A stretch of 64,000 nt of DNA from Nitrospirota bacterium (lineage in GTDB: Bacteria > Nitrospirota > UBA9217). Numbering within the stretch: the stretch's first letter is position 1; each line of letters opens with the position of its first letter. Below the pieces are notes generated by a model, which saw nothing but the letters and a program-made list of their open reading frames with translations, was not told where the DNA came from and did no database searches. The stretch spans positions 2,272,001 to 2,336,000 of the forward strand of contig CAVTRN010000002.1 of the NCBI GenBank assembly GCA_963737155.1. The letters run 5' to 3'. The translations under genes and the position numbers were made by a program. Positions 9,059 to 18,990 of the stretch are shown one piece after another.

Positions 9059-10141
9059 ATGGCAAGGGAATTGGAAAAAATTGCGGTTCACATTGCAAAG
9101 GGAAAGCGCATCACTCCCGAGGAGGGACTGTTTCTCTTCAGACACGCCGACCTTCTTACTCTCGGAGAACTGGCGAACTCCGTCCGAAAAAAGCTGCACC
9201 CAAAGCGGATCGTGACCTTTGTTGTCGACCGCAACATCAATTATACCAACATCTGCGTGAACAAATGCTCCTTCTGCGCCTTCTATCGTAATGCAGACAG
9301 TTCTGAAGCATATATTCTATCAAAAAAGGAAATTTTCCGGAAAATCGAAGAAACTATTGCCCAGGGCGGTACGCAGATTCTTATGCAGGGCGGGGTCCAC
9401 CCCGACCTCGGCTTGGAGTATTTTGAGGACCTTTTTTCATCCATCAAAGCGAAATTTACTATACAGATACATTCCCTTTCTCCCGCCGAAATAACTTTCC
9501 TCGCGCAGAAATCGGGCATCTCCGTCATAGAAACACTTCGGCGTTTAAATTCTACGGGATTGGATTCGATTCCTGGGGGTGGCGCCGAAATTCTTGTCGA
9601 CCGCGTCAGAAAAAAGATTAGTCCGAATAAGATCCGCTGGCGGCAATGGGCCGATGTGATGAAAACTGCCCATGCACTCGGCATGCCGTCAACTGCGACC
9701 ATGATGTTCGGAAGCGTAGAAACGGACAAGGAGATTGTAGAGCATTTGGTCAGGATCAGGGAAATCCAGGACGATACGGGAGGTTTCACTGCATTCATTC
9801 CATGGACTTATCAGCCCGGCAATACGAAACTCGGGGGTCGGGCAGCAACAGCTGTTGAATATTTGAAGGTTCTCGCGCTTTCTCGGGTAATGCTCGACAA
9901 TGTTGCCAATATACAGGCATCATGGGTAACGCAGGGAGCAAAAATCGCACAGGTCGCGCTCGAATTTGGCGCCAATGATTTTGGAAGTACGATGATCGAG
10001 GAAAATGTCGTAGCTGCTGCCGGAGTTACGTTCAGAATGACGAAACAGGAGATCGTGAATATAATTAGTGATGCGGGCTACTCCGCTGCGCAGCGAAATA
10101 CGCGCTATAAAATTCTGAAGATCGAAGAAGTAAATATTTGA
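9059..10141 (+). CDS. mqnC: Cyclic dehypoxanthinyl futalosine synthase (radical SAM)
   Basis: DRNINYTNICVNKCSFCAF, LMQGG, NIQASWVTQG, GANDFGSTMIEENVV. Confidence 0.93.
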   Translation: MARELEKIAVHIAKGKRITPEEGLFLFRHADLLTLGELANSVRKKLHPKRIVTFVVDRNINYTNICVNKCSFCAFYRNADSSEAYILSKKEIFRKIEETIAQGGTQILMQGGVHPDLGLEYFEDLFSSIKAKFTIQIHSLSPAEITFLAQKSGISVIETLRRLNSTGLDSIPGGGAEILVDRVRKKISPNKIRWRQWADVMKTAHALGMPSTATMMFGSVETDKEIVEHLVRIREIQDDTGGFTAFIPWTYQPGNTKLGGRAATAVEYLKVLALSRVMLDNVANIQASWVTQGAKIAQVALEFGANDFGSTMIEENVVAAAGVTFRMTKQEIVNIISDAGYSAAQRNTRYKILKIEEVNI

Positions 10142-10269
10142 AATGCTAACGATGATCAAATGCCCGAATTAATATAGGGTACTCAATATTTTCCCCTTGT
10201 TACACGTCATGAAGTATTTATTTTTTGCATCGCGAATGTTAACAAATAGAAATACTTTGATTAACGGGT

Positions 10270-10330
10270 GGTTATCTACCATGTACACAAAAGGTGTGGA
10301 TAACCTGTTATTAACTCTGTGAATATATTT
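10270..10330. promoter_or_regulatory. Cluster of DnaA-box-like sequences in an AT-rich intergenic region
   Basis: Perfect TGTGGATAA at 10295-10303, plus degenerate TTATCTACC, TGTTATTAA and TGTGAATAT. Confidence 0.45.
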
Positions 10331-10407
10331 TTTTTTAGCACTGTTTTAGCTGAGAAAATGCAAATTGCTTAATAAATTAGCACCACAATATACATAATTA
10401 CAATGAG

Positions 10408-11676
10408 TTATGAGACGGTTGCGATAGTATATTCTTTTCTTACATTCAAAACACGTACATTAATTTTTCTTCCAATATGTTCTTTTTTGGCACCGATTAT
10501 ATGGACTCTAATATAGTTGTCCGAGAGACCGGAAAGCAACCCCGTTTCAGCATCCACCTTATCTTCAACTACGACAAGAAGCTCAGCATCAAGATGTTTT
10601 TGCCTGAATTTTAAGTTCTTTTCCCGTCCAATCAGACGAAGAGTTTCGCTCCGTTCTCTTTTCGTGGCCTCAGGCAGATGGGCTGTCATCTCTGACGCGG
10701 CAGTTCCGGGACGCGGTGAATAGCTGAACACATGCAAGTGGGTAAGCGGCACACTCTGAATGAGTTGCAGCGTGTTATTGAACGCGCTTTCCCCTTCACC
10801 GGGATACCCTACCATAACATCCGCGCCGAGAGCGATTCCCGGAACATTACTCGCAAGATTTTCGACAAGTTCACGGTAAAAACCAGCCGTATAATTCCTC
10901 TTCATTGACAATAGTATCCCATCATCACCGCTCTGAAGCGGTATATGGAGATGCCTGCACAGATCTTGTCCAATCAAATGAATGATGCCCTCGGTAATTT
11001 CCCGGGGTTCAATGGAACTCAAACGTATGCGTGAATGGCCTCTCATCCCTTTCAGCGACGCCAGTAGATCAGTGAGACTGGTCCTCTCTGACAAATCGAC
11101 GCCGTAGGCTCCAATATGGATGCCGGTGAGAACGATTTCAGGGCAATTTTTCTTCACCAGCCGTTCAAATTCCGACATCAGCTCCTTTGGATCAACACTC
11201 CGCGATCTACCTCGTGCGAATGGGACAATGCAGTAGGAACAGAAATTGTTGCATCCGTCCTGTATTTTGAGGAATCCACGAGTTCGGCTCTTTATTGCCT
11301 TAGATGTCTCAAATACCCTAGTTTTTTCGGGTGCCTCTTTTGACTGCGAGGCGACATACTGAGTTATTTTCGACTTCTCGCTGTTGCCGAAGACTGAATC
11401 GACACCGGGAATGCTCTTGATCTCGTCAGGCCGTATCTCCGCGTAACAACCGGTAACAATGACTTTTGCTCCCTGACCTCTGCGGGCTGCAGCCCTGATG
11501 ATCTGCCGACACTGAGCATCGCTCTTTGCCGTCACCGAACAGGTGTTGATAATATACACATCGGCCAGCTCGTTAAAAGGCACTACGGTATTTCCCTGCG
11601 ATGTAATGTCCTGGCGCAGGAGGTCTGTTTCATATTGATTGATTTTACATCCAAGGGTTGTAAAAGCTATTCGCAT
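10408..11676 (-). CDS. mtaB: tRNA t6A37 methylthiotransferase
   Basis: TLGCKINQYET, INTCSVT, KIQDGCNNFCSYC, HVFSYSPRPGT, C-terminal TRAM domain. Confidence 0.93.
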   Translation of the reverse strand: MRIAFTTLGCKINQYETDLLRQDITSQGNTVVPFNELADVYIINTCSVTAKSDAQCRQIIRAAARRGQGAKVIVTGCYAEIRPDEIKSIPGVDSVFGNSEKSKITQYVASQSKEAPEKTRVFETSKAIKSRTRGFLKIQDGCNNFCSYCIVPFARGRSRSVDPKELMSEFERLVKKNCPEIVLTGIHIGAYGVDLSERTSLTDLLASLKGMRGHSRIRLSSIEPREITEGIIHLIGQDLCRHLHIPLQSGDDGILLSMKRNYTAGFYRELVENLASNVPGIALGADVMVGYPGEGESAFNNTLQLIQSVPLTHLHVFSYSPRPGTAASEMTAHLPEATKRERSETLRLIGREKNLKFRQKHLDAELLVVVEDKVDAETGLLSGLSDNYIRVHIIGAKKEHIGRKINVRVLNVRKEYTIATVS

Positions 11677-12986
11677 AACTGGCCGGTAAGGGAATTCATG
11701 CCTGCTGCGGATATTTTCACTCTGACGAGGGCTCCGATTAGCGACGGGTCGGCTGAAACGTTTACGGTTTTGTTTCCCCGTGTTCTACCCGTAATCATCC
11801 CGCCTTTCTTGCTGATACTGTCGAGGAGTATTTCCTGAATCGTGCCGATTAATTCCCGATTCTTTTGGATGGTAATTTCCCTTTGAAGCGAGAGAATCCG
11901 GTCAAGTCGTTTTTCCTTGATATCTTCATCGAGATGCCCGGGAAACCCGAGAGCGTTCGTTCCCGGTCTTTTGGAATATTTAAACGCGAAAATACCGTCA
12001 TAGCGCACTTCCGACAACAGTTGCATGGTCATCTCGAAATCCTGTTCCGTTTCGCCGGGAAATCCGGCAATGATGTCGGTAGTAAGCGTAATACCAGGCA
12101 CTGCTTCCTGAAGTTGTTTCACTTTATCGAGGTAATCCCCTCGCCTGTATCCCCTGTTCATTGCGATGAGAATTGAGTCTGAGCCACTTTGTACTGGTAG
12201 ATGTATGGATTCGCATACTTTCGGCAATTCACGAATCGCATTGGTCAGCTTTTCAGACAGATCCCTTGGATGAGACGTCACAAATCTGATGCGTTCTATG
12301 CCGGGGATATCGTTTATCGACCGCAATAGAGCAGAGAAATCGATACCTTCTCCCAATCCTTTGCCGTATGAGTTTACATTCTGGCCAAGCAAAGTGACTT
12401 CTTTATAGCCCTTATACCCCAGTTCGCGCACCTCCGCAACAATATCCTCGGGCATGCGTGAACGCTCTCTACCCCTCAAATAGGGGACAACGCAATAGGT
12501 GCAGAAATTGTCGCATCCATACATGATTGACACCCATGCCTTGAATCTGTCGTTTCTGGCAGCGGGGAGGCGCTTCCGGTGATACTCAGGGTCTCCGGCT
12601 GTATCTACGAGGGTCCTAGTTCCAGAACGCTGCTGCTCAATAAGCGAGGAAAGACGGCCGATGTCCGAAGGCCCGAAAATCATGTCCACGTAAGGCGCTC
12701 GGGAAAGGATTCCTGCTCCCTCCTGCTGGGCAATGCAACCAGCTACGGCGATTTTCATGCTGGGATTCGTGGTTTTCAGGCTCTTCAACCTTCCGAGTTC
12801 GCTGAAAAACTTCTGTTCGGCCTTTTCCCGGATGCTACAGGTATTCAAGATAACCATGTCAGCACGCCCGGCTTCAGCCACCGATTCGCAGCCCTGGGCT
12901 TCGAGAATGCCTGTCATGCGCTCGGAATCGTGTTCATTCATCTGGCAGCCAAAGGTTATGATATGGAACGATTTCATAGAATTCAT
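11667..12986 (-). CDS. miaB: tRNA i6A37 methylthiotransferase
   Basis: TFGCQMNEHDSE, NTCSIREKAE, GCDNFCTYC, TSHPRD. Confidence 0.95.
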   Translation of the reverse strand: MNSMKSFHIITFGCQMNEHDSERMTGILEAQGCESVAEAGRADMVILNTCSIREKAEQKFFSELGRLKSLKTTNPSMKIAVAGCIAQQEGAGILSRAPYVDMIFGPSDIGRLSSLIEQQRSGTRTLVDTAGDPEYHRKRLPAARNDRFKAWVSIMYGCDNFCTYCVVPYLRGRERSRMPEDIVAEVRELGYKGYKEVTLLGQNVNSYGKGLGEGIDFSALLRSINDIPGIERIRFVTSHPRDLSEKLTNAIRELPKVCESIHLPVQSGSDSILIAMNRGYRRGDYLDKVKQLQEAVPGITLTTDIIAGFPGETEQDFEMTMQLLSEVRYDGIFAFKYSKRPGTNALGFPGHLDEDIKEKRLDRILSLQREITIQKNRELIGTIQEILLDSISKKGGMITGRTRGNKTVNVSADPSLIGALVRVKISAAGMNSLTGQLCE

Positions 12987-13071
12987 ATTATAATCCGCCG
13001 ATGACGGTTTCACAAGAGGTATCTCCAGTGCCGAGTTGCTTTATGTATTTAGGATATTGAGTCGACGAGGC

Positions 13072-13875
13072 TTAGCGGGTTATTGTAAAGAGAACGGTTT
13101 CTCCCCGCTTTACAGAAAGGTTCGTTCGGGCATTCTGCTTGTACAGGAATATTTCAAGAGCGCCGGAGCTATTGATGATAGCTCCCAGCGTCCCCGGAGT
13201 CGATTCGGCATAAAACTTATTCAAACCCATTATTTCCTTGCCGGCAATAATAACACTGGACACGTCCAGATCGGAGCCTTTGTCAAGAAACAGCTGAATT
13301 TCTTTGAAGGTGATGTCAGTGATAATATTGCCGAAGCGGTCGAAATGCACGATATGCCCTTCGATGCCATTTTCGACAATTTTCGGAGTGGGGACATTCA
13401 ACTTCACGAAATCACTAATTTCGTCCCCGAAGTTGCCCGATGCAATGCCTTTTGCAAGCCAAGCCGCGACAGGAGCAAAAATGTCCCGTCCATGGAAGGT
13501 CGGCCCCGGATGAGGGAGAAAATAATGGTCCGCAGTGATATGGTGGACGCGAATCCGCTCCGCCTCCTGGTAAATCAGGCTAAACAAGCCGTTGTCGGGG
13601 CCGACAAAATAATAGCTTTCCGTTACAACGATGATAGCTCTTCTTCCGCTCCCGACACCAGGGTCGACAACCGCGAGATGGATTGTGCCTTTTGGGAAAT
13701 GGCTGTAAGCCGACTTCAGTACATACCCTGCTTCCCAAATATCCAGTGGTGTGATCTCGTTGGATATGTCGATGATCTGAGCTTGTGGATTGATCTTGAG
13801 GATGACTCCCTTCATACTTCCAGTAAAGGGATCACGAGCACCGAAATCGGTTGTCAGTGTTATGAGAGGAAGCAT
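13072..13875 (-). CDS. SAM hydroxide adenosyltransferase / chlorinase-fluorinase family protein (DUF62)
   Basis: ITLTTDFG, VVDPGVGSGRR, GPDNG, TFHGRDIFAP, DRFGN. Confidence 0.9.
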   Translation of the reverse strand: MLPLITLTTDFGARDPFTGSMKGVILKINPQAQIIDISNEITPLDIWEAGYVLKSAYSHFPKGTIHLAVVDPGVGSGRRAIIVVTESYYFVGPDNGLFSLIYQEAERIRVHHITADHYFLPHPGPTFHGRDIFAPVAAWLAKGIASGNFGDEISDFVKLNVPTPKIVENGIEGHIVHFDRFGNIITDITFKEIQLFLDKGSDLDVSSVIIAGKEIMGLNKFYAESTPGTLGAIINSSGALEIFLYKQNARTNLSVKRGETVLFTITR

Positions 13876-14070
13876 TTATCCCTCATCGGTTCAAATTTTA
13901 AATTTGACGAATAATATCAGCACCCATATGCTTTGTCAACCTTAAGAATATGGTTTTGACTTCTCGTTATTGTACCAAGAGGAGAATTTCGCGGCCGGTC
14001 CTTGACAAATAGGTAATGTATGCTATCTTTCATTTACAGATTATCTAATCCAAAATTATGGCGGTGTTAT

Positions 14071-14385
14071 ATGAGGAGTGCTAAAGCTTGTTTGTTTATT
14101 CTCCTGGTTGCTCTACTCGGTGTCAGCAGCGCATTTGCAGTGCAGGAAGTTTCATCAGAGCTGGGGAAGAAGCTGTTTAACGATCCCAATCTCGGAACAG
14201 GGAGTAAGTCATGCAATACCTGCCACCCCGACGGTAAAGGACTTTCAAAAGCGGGAGACATGAATGATCTGCCCGATATCATCAACGGATGCATCACTCA
14301 TAATCTGAAGGGAAAGGCTCTGGATGCGAATTCTGTGGAAATGAAGTCTCTGATTCTGTATGTCAGGAGCCTTGGGCAGAAATAG
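14071..14385 (+). CDS. Small periplasmic monoheme cytochrome c
   Basis: Signal peptide ending SAFA; GKKLFNDPNL; CNTCH heme motif. Confidence 0.85.
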   Translation: MRSAKACLFILLVALLGVSSAFAVQEVSSELGKKLFNDPNLGTGSKSCNTCHPDGKGLSKAGDMNDLPDIINGCITHNLKGKALDANSVEMKSLILYVRSLGQK

Positions 14386-14469
14386 CAGGTTGCCGAGCCA
14401 AGACCAGCAGATGGATGATAATGCACGATTTATTCAGACTACACTCCATGTCGTTCACAGAGGAGAGTT

Positions 14470-15135
14470 TTATTTAAGCTGTTCTGAGATAAAATCGAAT
14501 CGGCGCTCCCTGTACGATAGAATTCCCAGGACGTGGACACCACACATTTTTTCTATAAGCGCAGGATTCGTTTTTTCCGCCAACCCCATTTTCCCTCTCT
14601 TGGCTTGGTTGATCACGATACCAGCAATATCAATCCTCTTTTCGTTCAATGACGCGACCGTCAAGAGCGTATGATTAATTGTACCGAGGCCCGGTCTTGC
14701 GACGATTAAGACAGGGAGCCCCATGTCCCGAGCCAGTTCGCGGAAAGTATAATCATGCTTAAGCGGAACCATGATCCCACCTGCTCCTTCAATAATCATG
14801 AAATCATGTCTTTGTGCAAGCTCATGATAAGCTTTCATTATTTTTCCAGGAATGATTTGCGTCCCCTCCAATTCAGCGGATACAAATGGCGCGAGGGGCT
14901 TTTGAAAGCGATAGGGATTGACAAGGGCCAGTGCGTCTCTTGCTGCCGATGATTTCATAAGCAGCATCGCATCACGAGGAATGAGCCTACCCGATTGCCT
15001 GATGCATCCTGTTTCCGCGGGTTTCATCACCCCTGCGTTAACCCCCGCATGAACAAGAGCTCGCGCTATTCCCGCAGCAACATATGTCTTTCCCACACCA
15101 GTATCGGTCCCGGTAATAAAAATGCCTCTTTTCAT
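14470..15135 (-). CDS. bioD: Dethiobiotin synthase
   Basis: FITGTDTGVGKT, MKPAETG, IEGAGG, LGTINHTLL. Confidence 0.95.
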   Translation of the reverse strand: MKRGIFITGTDTGVGKTYVAAGIARALVHAGVNAGVMKPAETGCIRQSGRLIPRDAMLLMKSSAARDALALVNPYRFQKPLAPFVSAELEGTQIIPGKIMKAYHELAQRHDFMIIEGAGGIMVPLKHDYTFRELARDMGLPVLIVARPGLGTINHTLLTVASLNEKRIDIAGIVINQAKRGKMGLAEKTNPALIEKMCGVHVLGILSYRERRFDFISEQLK

Positions 15136-15148
15136 AATCCTCCAGCGA

Positions 15149-15889
15149 TTACATCAACCGGCTGTCGAGATTGAAAACCTGGCCTGAAACATCCTGCATA
15201 CGAGATAAATGATGAACAAAATCGGCCACCTCAAGCGGATTCGAAACGCGACTTAGCGTGTTTGCCTTAACTATACGATCAAACATCACCGTTGATATTT
15301 TGCCACCCATGTCCGTGGGGAGGTAACCCGGCAACACGGCATTTACTTTTATATTAAATGGGCCGAACTCCTTCGCGCAGGCTCTGGTCAAACCGATGAG
15401 CCCTGCTTTCGAAGCTGAATAATTTGCCTGTCCTTCCCGTCCCTGCAATCCGACGATAGAAGCAATCGAAATAATATGTCCGCCATTCTTTTTCATCATA
15501 CTCTCGGCAACGGCACGAATACAGTAAAACGGCCCGGTCAAATTGGTCCCGATCACATCGTCCCACTCCGTCTGGCTCATGTGAAGGAGTAAACCGTCTC
15601 GAGTCATGCCCGCATTATTCACCAGTACATCGATGTGGCCCCATCGTTTTACCGTCTCAGCGACCATTGCATCGACTTCAGCAGCTATACGTACATCGGC
15701 GTGCACGGCAATGGCATCTCCGTCCGCAGCCATGATGTTTTCGACCACAGATGCGGCATCGAGCGCTCCTTCCCGGTAATGTATGACAACCTTGTAACTG
15801 CTGTATCCGAACCGAAGGGCAATCGCTTTTCCCAGGCCCCGCGACGCGCCGGTGACCAGCACAACCTGCTTTTTATCTCCCATTGTCAT
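15149..15889 (-). CDS. FabG-like 3-oxoacyl-ACP reductase (SDR) inside the biotin operon
   Basis: TGASRGLG, NNAG, YSASK; ATGA overlap with the bioF stop. Confidence 0.85.
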   Translation of the reverse strand: MTMGDKKQVVLVTGASRGLGKAIALRFGYSSYKVVIHYREGALDAASVVENIMAADGDAIAVHADVRIAAEVDAMVAETVKRWGHIDVLVNNAGMTRDGLLLHMSQTEWDDVIGTNLTGPFYCIRAVAESMMKKNGGHIISIASIVGLQGREGQANYSASKAGLIGLTRACAKEFGPFNIKVNAVLPGYLPTDMGGKISTVMFDRIVKANTLSRVSNPLEVADFVHHLSRMQDVSGQVFNLDSRLM

Positions 15890-17046
15890 ACTAGCAACCC
15901 TTCCTTTTTGCACTTGTCAAGAGCATCCAGCGCGCTGTCAATATCATCGTCACTATGGGTTGCCATGGCCGTGATTCGCACCCGCGCTGAACCTTCAGCC
16001 ACCGTGGGAGGTCTGATGGCCGATGCAAAGATGCCGTATTCAAAAAGCATGTTGTCCGCTCTAATCGCTTTTTCTGTATCTCCGATTATGAGCGGAATAA
16101 TCGCCGACTCAGACTTGCCGCAGCTGATACCCATTGTGCCGAGTCCGGCCACGAGCCGATCCCTGTTTTTCCAGAGAGCCATTCTTAAACCTGGCTCACG
16201 TTCGACGATAGCAATTGCCTCCATTGAAACTGCACATACCAGAGGCGGTAGCGCCGTACTGTACATAAAGCTCCGAGAACGGTTTATGAGAAAGTTTACA
16301 AGGCTCCTGCTGCCTGCCGCATAAGCACCGAACGACCCCAATGCCTTCCCGAGGGTCCCCATCTGGATAGGAACTCGGCCTCCAAGGCCAAAGTACTCGG
16401 CCGTGCCCTTGCCTCTTTCCCCCAGCACGCCCACCGCATGGGCATCATCTACCATGAGAATAGCGCCATATTTTTCAGACAGGCAAACAATTTCTGGAAG
16501 CGGAGCGATATCTCCCTCCATGCTGAATACTCCATCAGTAACAATAAGTCTGCGTCCGATGGAAGTCGCTTTTCGTAGTAGATCTTCGAGATGGTTCATA
16601 TCCTTGTGCCTGTAGACGGCGACCTGCGCTCTGCTCATGCGGCATCCGTCAATGATGCTTGCATGATTCAGGCTGTCACTTAGAATTAGATCGCCGGGCC
16701 CTGCAATCGCAGATAGGATGCCTGTGTTCGCTGCATAACCGGAGTTAAAAACAACGGCTGCTTCAGTATTTTTAAAGCGTGCAATCCGCTCTTCAAGTTC
16801 CACGTGAACCTCACTTGTCCCGGATACCAAGCGTGATGCGCCCGCCCCAAAACCATAGCGGCCTATAGCGGTCCTTGCCGCATCACACAGTGCAGGATGG
16901 CATGAAAGACCAAGGTAGTCGTTCGAGCACATGAGCAACAAGCTCCTACCGTTTACGACAATTCTTGCACCCTGGCGGGATTCAATAATGAGGGGTTGTC
17001 GTAACAGTTGTTTTTGGCTTAAATGTAAAAGTTCTTTTTCAAACAT
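15886..17046 (-). CDS. bioF: 8-amino-7-oxononanoate synthase
   Basis: SNDYLGL, NHASIIDG, DDAHAVG, GTLGKALG. Confidence 0.95.
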   Translation of the reverse strand: MFEKELLHLSQKQLLRQPLIIESRQGARIVVNGRSLLLMCSNDYLGLSCHPALCDAARTAIGRYGFGAGASRLVSGTSEVHVELEERIARFKNTEAAVVFNSGYAANTGILSAIAGPGDLILSDSLNHASIIDGCRMSRAQVAVYRHKDMNHLEDLLRKATSIGRRLIVTDGVFSMEGDIAPLPEIVCLSEKYGAILMVDDAHAVGVLGERGKGTAEYFGLGGRVPIQMGTLGKALGSFGAYAAGSRSLVNFLINRSRSFMYSTALPPLVCAVSMEAIAIVEREPGLRMALWKNRDRLVAGLGTMGISCGKSESAIIPLIIGDTEKAIRADNMLFEYGIFASAIRPPTVAEGSARVRITAMATHSDDDIDSALDALDKCKKEGLLV

Positions 17047-17064
17047 GATTTATTGATAAGTTGA

Positions 17065-17901
17065 TCAGTTTCGTTCCATGATACTGAAATAATCTTCCAG
17101 CGTCTGAGCAACTTTGTGTTCGCCAGCGGACGTAATCATCACAGGCTCAAACTGAAGATATTTAATGAATGCCCCCAAATCAAAATGATCGCCGTCGACA
17201 AAAAAAACTCTTCCGCCAGTCGGATCGCCGGTCGTCTTCAACTCAGGGAAACGAAGGTAACCTGTTTGAAGTGAGGCAACATAACCTGCTGTGTATTCGG
17301 GATCGTCGGACCAGCAAAGTTCGGCTACGTTACCGGGAGCATGCGCGACTTTCGTTGCCAGCGCAAGCGCCTCAAAGGTGCGGAAGTGAGTAAGTCCCAG
17401 TGCAGCTAACCGGTGGCGGGTAAGCACCAGGGTCTGCTCATCCCAGTCAAACCGTGAGGCACGCACTCCCCTTTCCTGGTCCGGTTCAAGCCGAACTCCG
17501 GTCCGGGCATCCATAATGATTGCACCCCGCATTACATGGCCAGAAGTTGAAACGCCCTTACTCAGGTGGTTGATGGCTTTCTCTGCAGAATAAAGCGAAA
17601 TACCGGCATGTTGAAGGGCACAAACGGCTGATGATCTTCCTGCCTGCACTGAGGAGATGCCCAATGATGTCATATTGAGAGTCTTGATCCTGCGGATAAA
17701 TTGATTTCCCAAGTTTTCGGCAGTTAAGGTTATCTTATCCGGCAAGGGAATCCTGCCTGTGGCACGCGCCATAAGTTCACGTATCATGGCATCTATCGCA
17801 TCAAATGTGACGATGCGTTCAGCGCCGGATACATGCCTGCCCTGATAGGACGCGCGCATGCGGATGCTGTAGAGCTGGTCTTTCATAACAGGCTTAGACA
17901 T
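17065..17901 (-). CDS. bioW: 6-carboxyhexanoate (pimelate)-CoA ligase
   Basis: YSIRMRAS, HVSGAERI, MRGA, RGVRAS, EALALATKV, ELCWSDDPEYTAGYVAS, GGRVFF. Confidence 0.92.
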   Translation of the reverse strand: MSKPVMKDQLYSIRMRASYQGRHVSGAERIVTFDAIDAMIRELMARATGRIPLPDKITLTAENLGNQFIRRIKTLNMTSLGISSVQAGRSSAVCALQHAGISLYSAEKAINHLSKGVSTSGHVMRGAIIMDARTGVRLEPDQERGVRASRFDWDEQTLVLTRHRLAALGLTHFRTFEALALATKVAHAPGNVAELCWSDDPEYTAGYVASLQTGYLRFPELKTTGDPTGGRVFFVDGDHFDLGAFIKYLQFEPVMITSAGEHKVAQTLEDYFSIMERN

Positions 17902-18877
17902 GGAGACCCAAATCACGAATCATGGCAAGATCTTCAGCAGGGTCAAGACCGGAAGTCGTGAGGTAATTGCCAATCATGAAGCCGTCGGCACCTGCTGTAA
18001 ATATCATGGGGTGGAGCCGTCCGAGCGCAGTACCCCTTCCTGCGCAAATACGTATTTCCTTATCCGGAAGAATAAAGCGGAACAAGGCAATCGATTGCAG
18101 GGCTTCAAGCGGCGTAATCGCGGATGTATTTTCAAGTGGAGTTCCCGCAATGGGCATCAGGAAATTGATCGGCACCGATTCAACATCGAGTTCACGCAGT
18201 GTGAGAGCCATCTCCAAGCGGTCTTTCATGGTTTCTCCCATTCCGAGAATGCCGCCGCTGCATGCAGATAGCCCTAGAGAGCGGACATGGCATAGCACTT
18301 CAAGCCGTTCGTCGAAAGTGTGGGTCGTGCAGATGCGGGAGAAATAATCCCGGGAGGTTTCGATGTTGTGATGATATCGCTCAAGGCCGGCATCCTTCAG
18401 GAAAGACAGCTTTTCTCTGGTAAGCGACCCGAGAGTGGCGCAGGGAGAAAGACCAAGTTCACGAACGATACGCACACCTTGTGCGATTTTTTCGAGATCT
18501 TCTCGGGCGTCGATGCCGCGTCCACTGGTTACGATGCAAAACCGACGGGCCTTGTTCTTTTTCGCGCTTTGTGCGGCTTTAGCTATGTCATCTGTTGAAA
18601 TCAGCGGGTAGATTGGTACCACCGTTGAATGGTGAGCAGACTGAGCACAATAGGCACAATCCTCGCTGCATGCCCCTGACTTGGCGTTCACGATCGAGCA
18701 AATGTCAACGGACGAACCGCGGAAATGTTCCCGAATACGTCCCGCAGCAGCAAAGAGATCCCATAGCTCCGATCCTTTCACAAGGGACAGTGAAATTACA
18801 GACGCCATGTCAATCCTGTTTCCGCTTAGAACGCTCTTCAAAGCCTGTGGAACAACTGACTGCGACTGGACATCCAT
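17894..18877 (-). CDS. bioB: Biotin synthase
   Basis: CSEDCAYCAQS, YHHNIETS, CSGGILGMGE, VPINFL, GNYLTT. Confidence 0.96.
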   Translation of the reverse strand: MDVQSQSVVPQALKSVLSGNRIDMASVISLSLVKGSELWDLFAAAGRIREHFRGSSVDICSIVNAKSGACSEDCAYCAQSAHHSTVVPIYPLISTDDIAKAAQSAKKNKARRFCIVTSGRGIDAREDLEKIAQGVRIVRELGLSPCATLGSLTREKLSFLKDAGLERYHHNIETSRDYFSRICTTHTFDERLEVLCHVRSLGLSACSGGILGMGETMKDRLEMALTLRELDVESVPINFLMPIAGTPLENTSAITPLEALQSIALFRFILPDKEIRICAGRGTALGRLHPMIFTAGADGFMIGNYLTTSGLDPAEDLAMIRDLGLHV

Positions 18878-18905
18878 GGCCCTGTTTTACCTGATGGCGG
18901 AGTGT

Positions 18906-18938
18906 TTGTCAACCACTTTATATATTTTAGGTTAACAA
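18906..18938. promoter_or_regulatory. BirA (biotin repressor) operator
   Basis: TTGTCAACC-N15-GGTTAACAA directly upstream of bioB; matches the tTGTaAACC-N14-16-GGTTtACAa consensus. Confidence 0.85.
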
Positions 18939-18990
18939 TTCAGAAGAGATAAAAAAAACGACAGACGATGTCACAGCACGGAATAATATG

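Noticed and set aside
13036-13914. 292-aa plus-strand ORF
   Set aside because: Antisense shadow of the DUF62 gene; the same applies to most other overlapping ORFs in the track
13933-13960. Second BirA operator (TTGTCAACC..GGTTTTGAC)
   Set aside because: Spacer is only 10 bp, the second half-site is poor, and it is not upstream of a biotin gene
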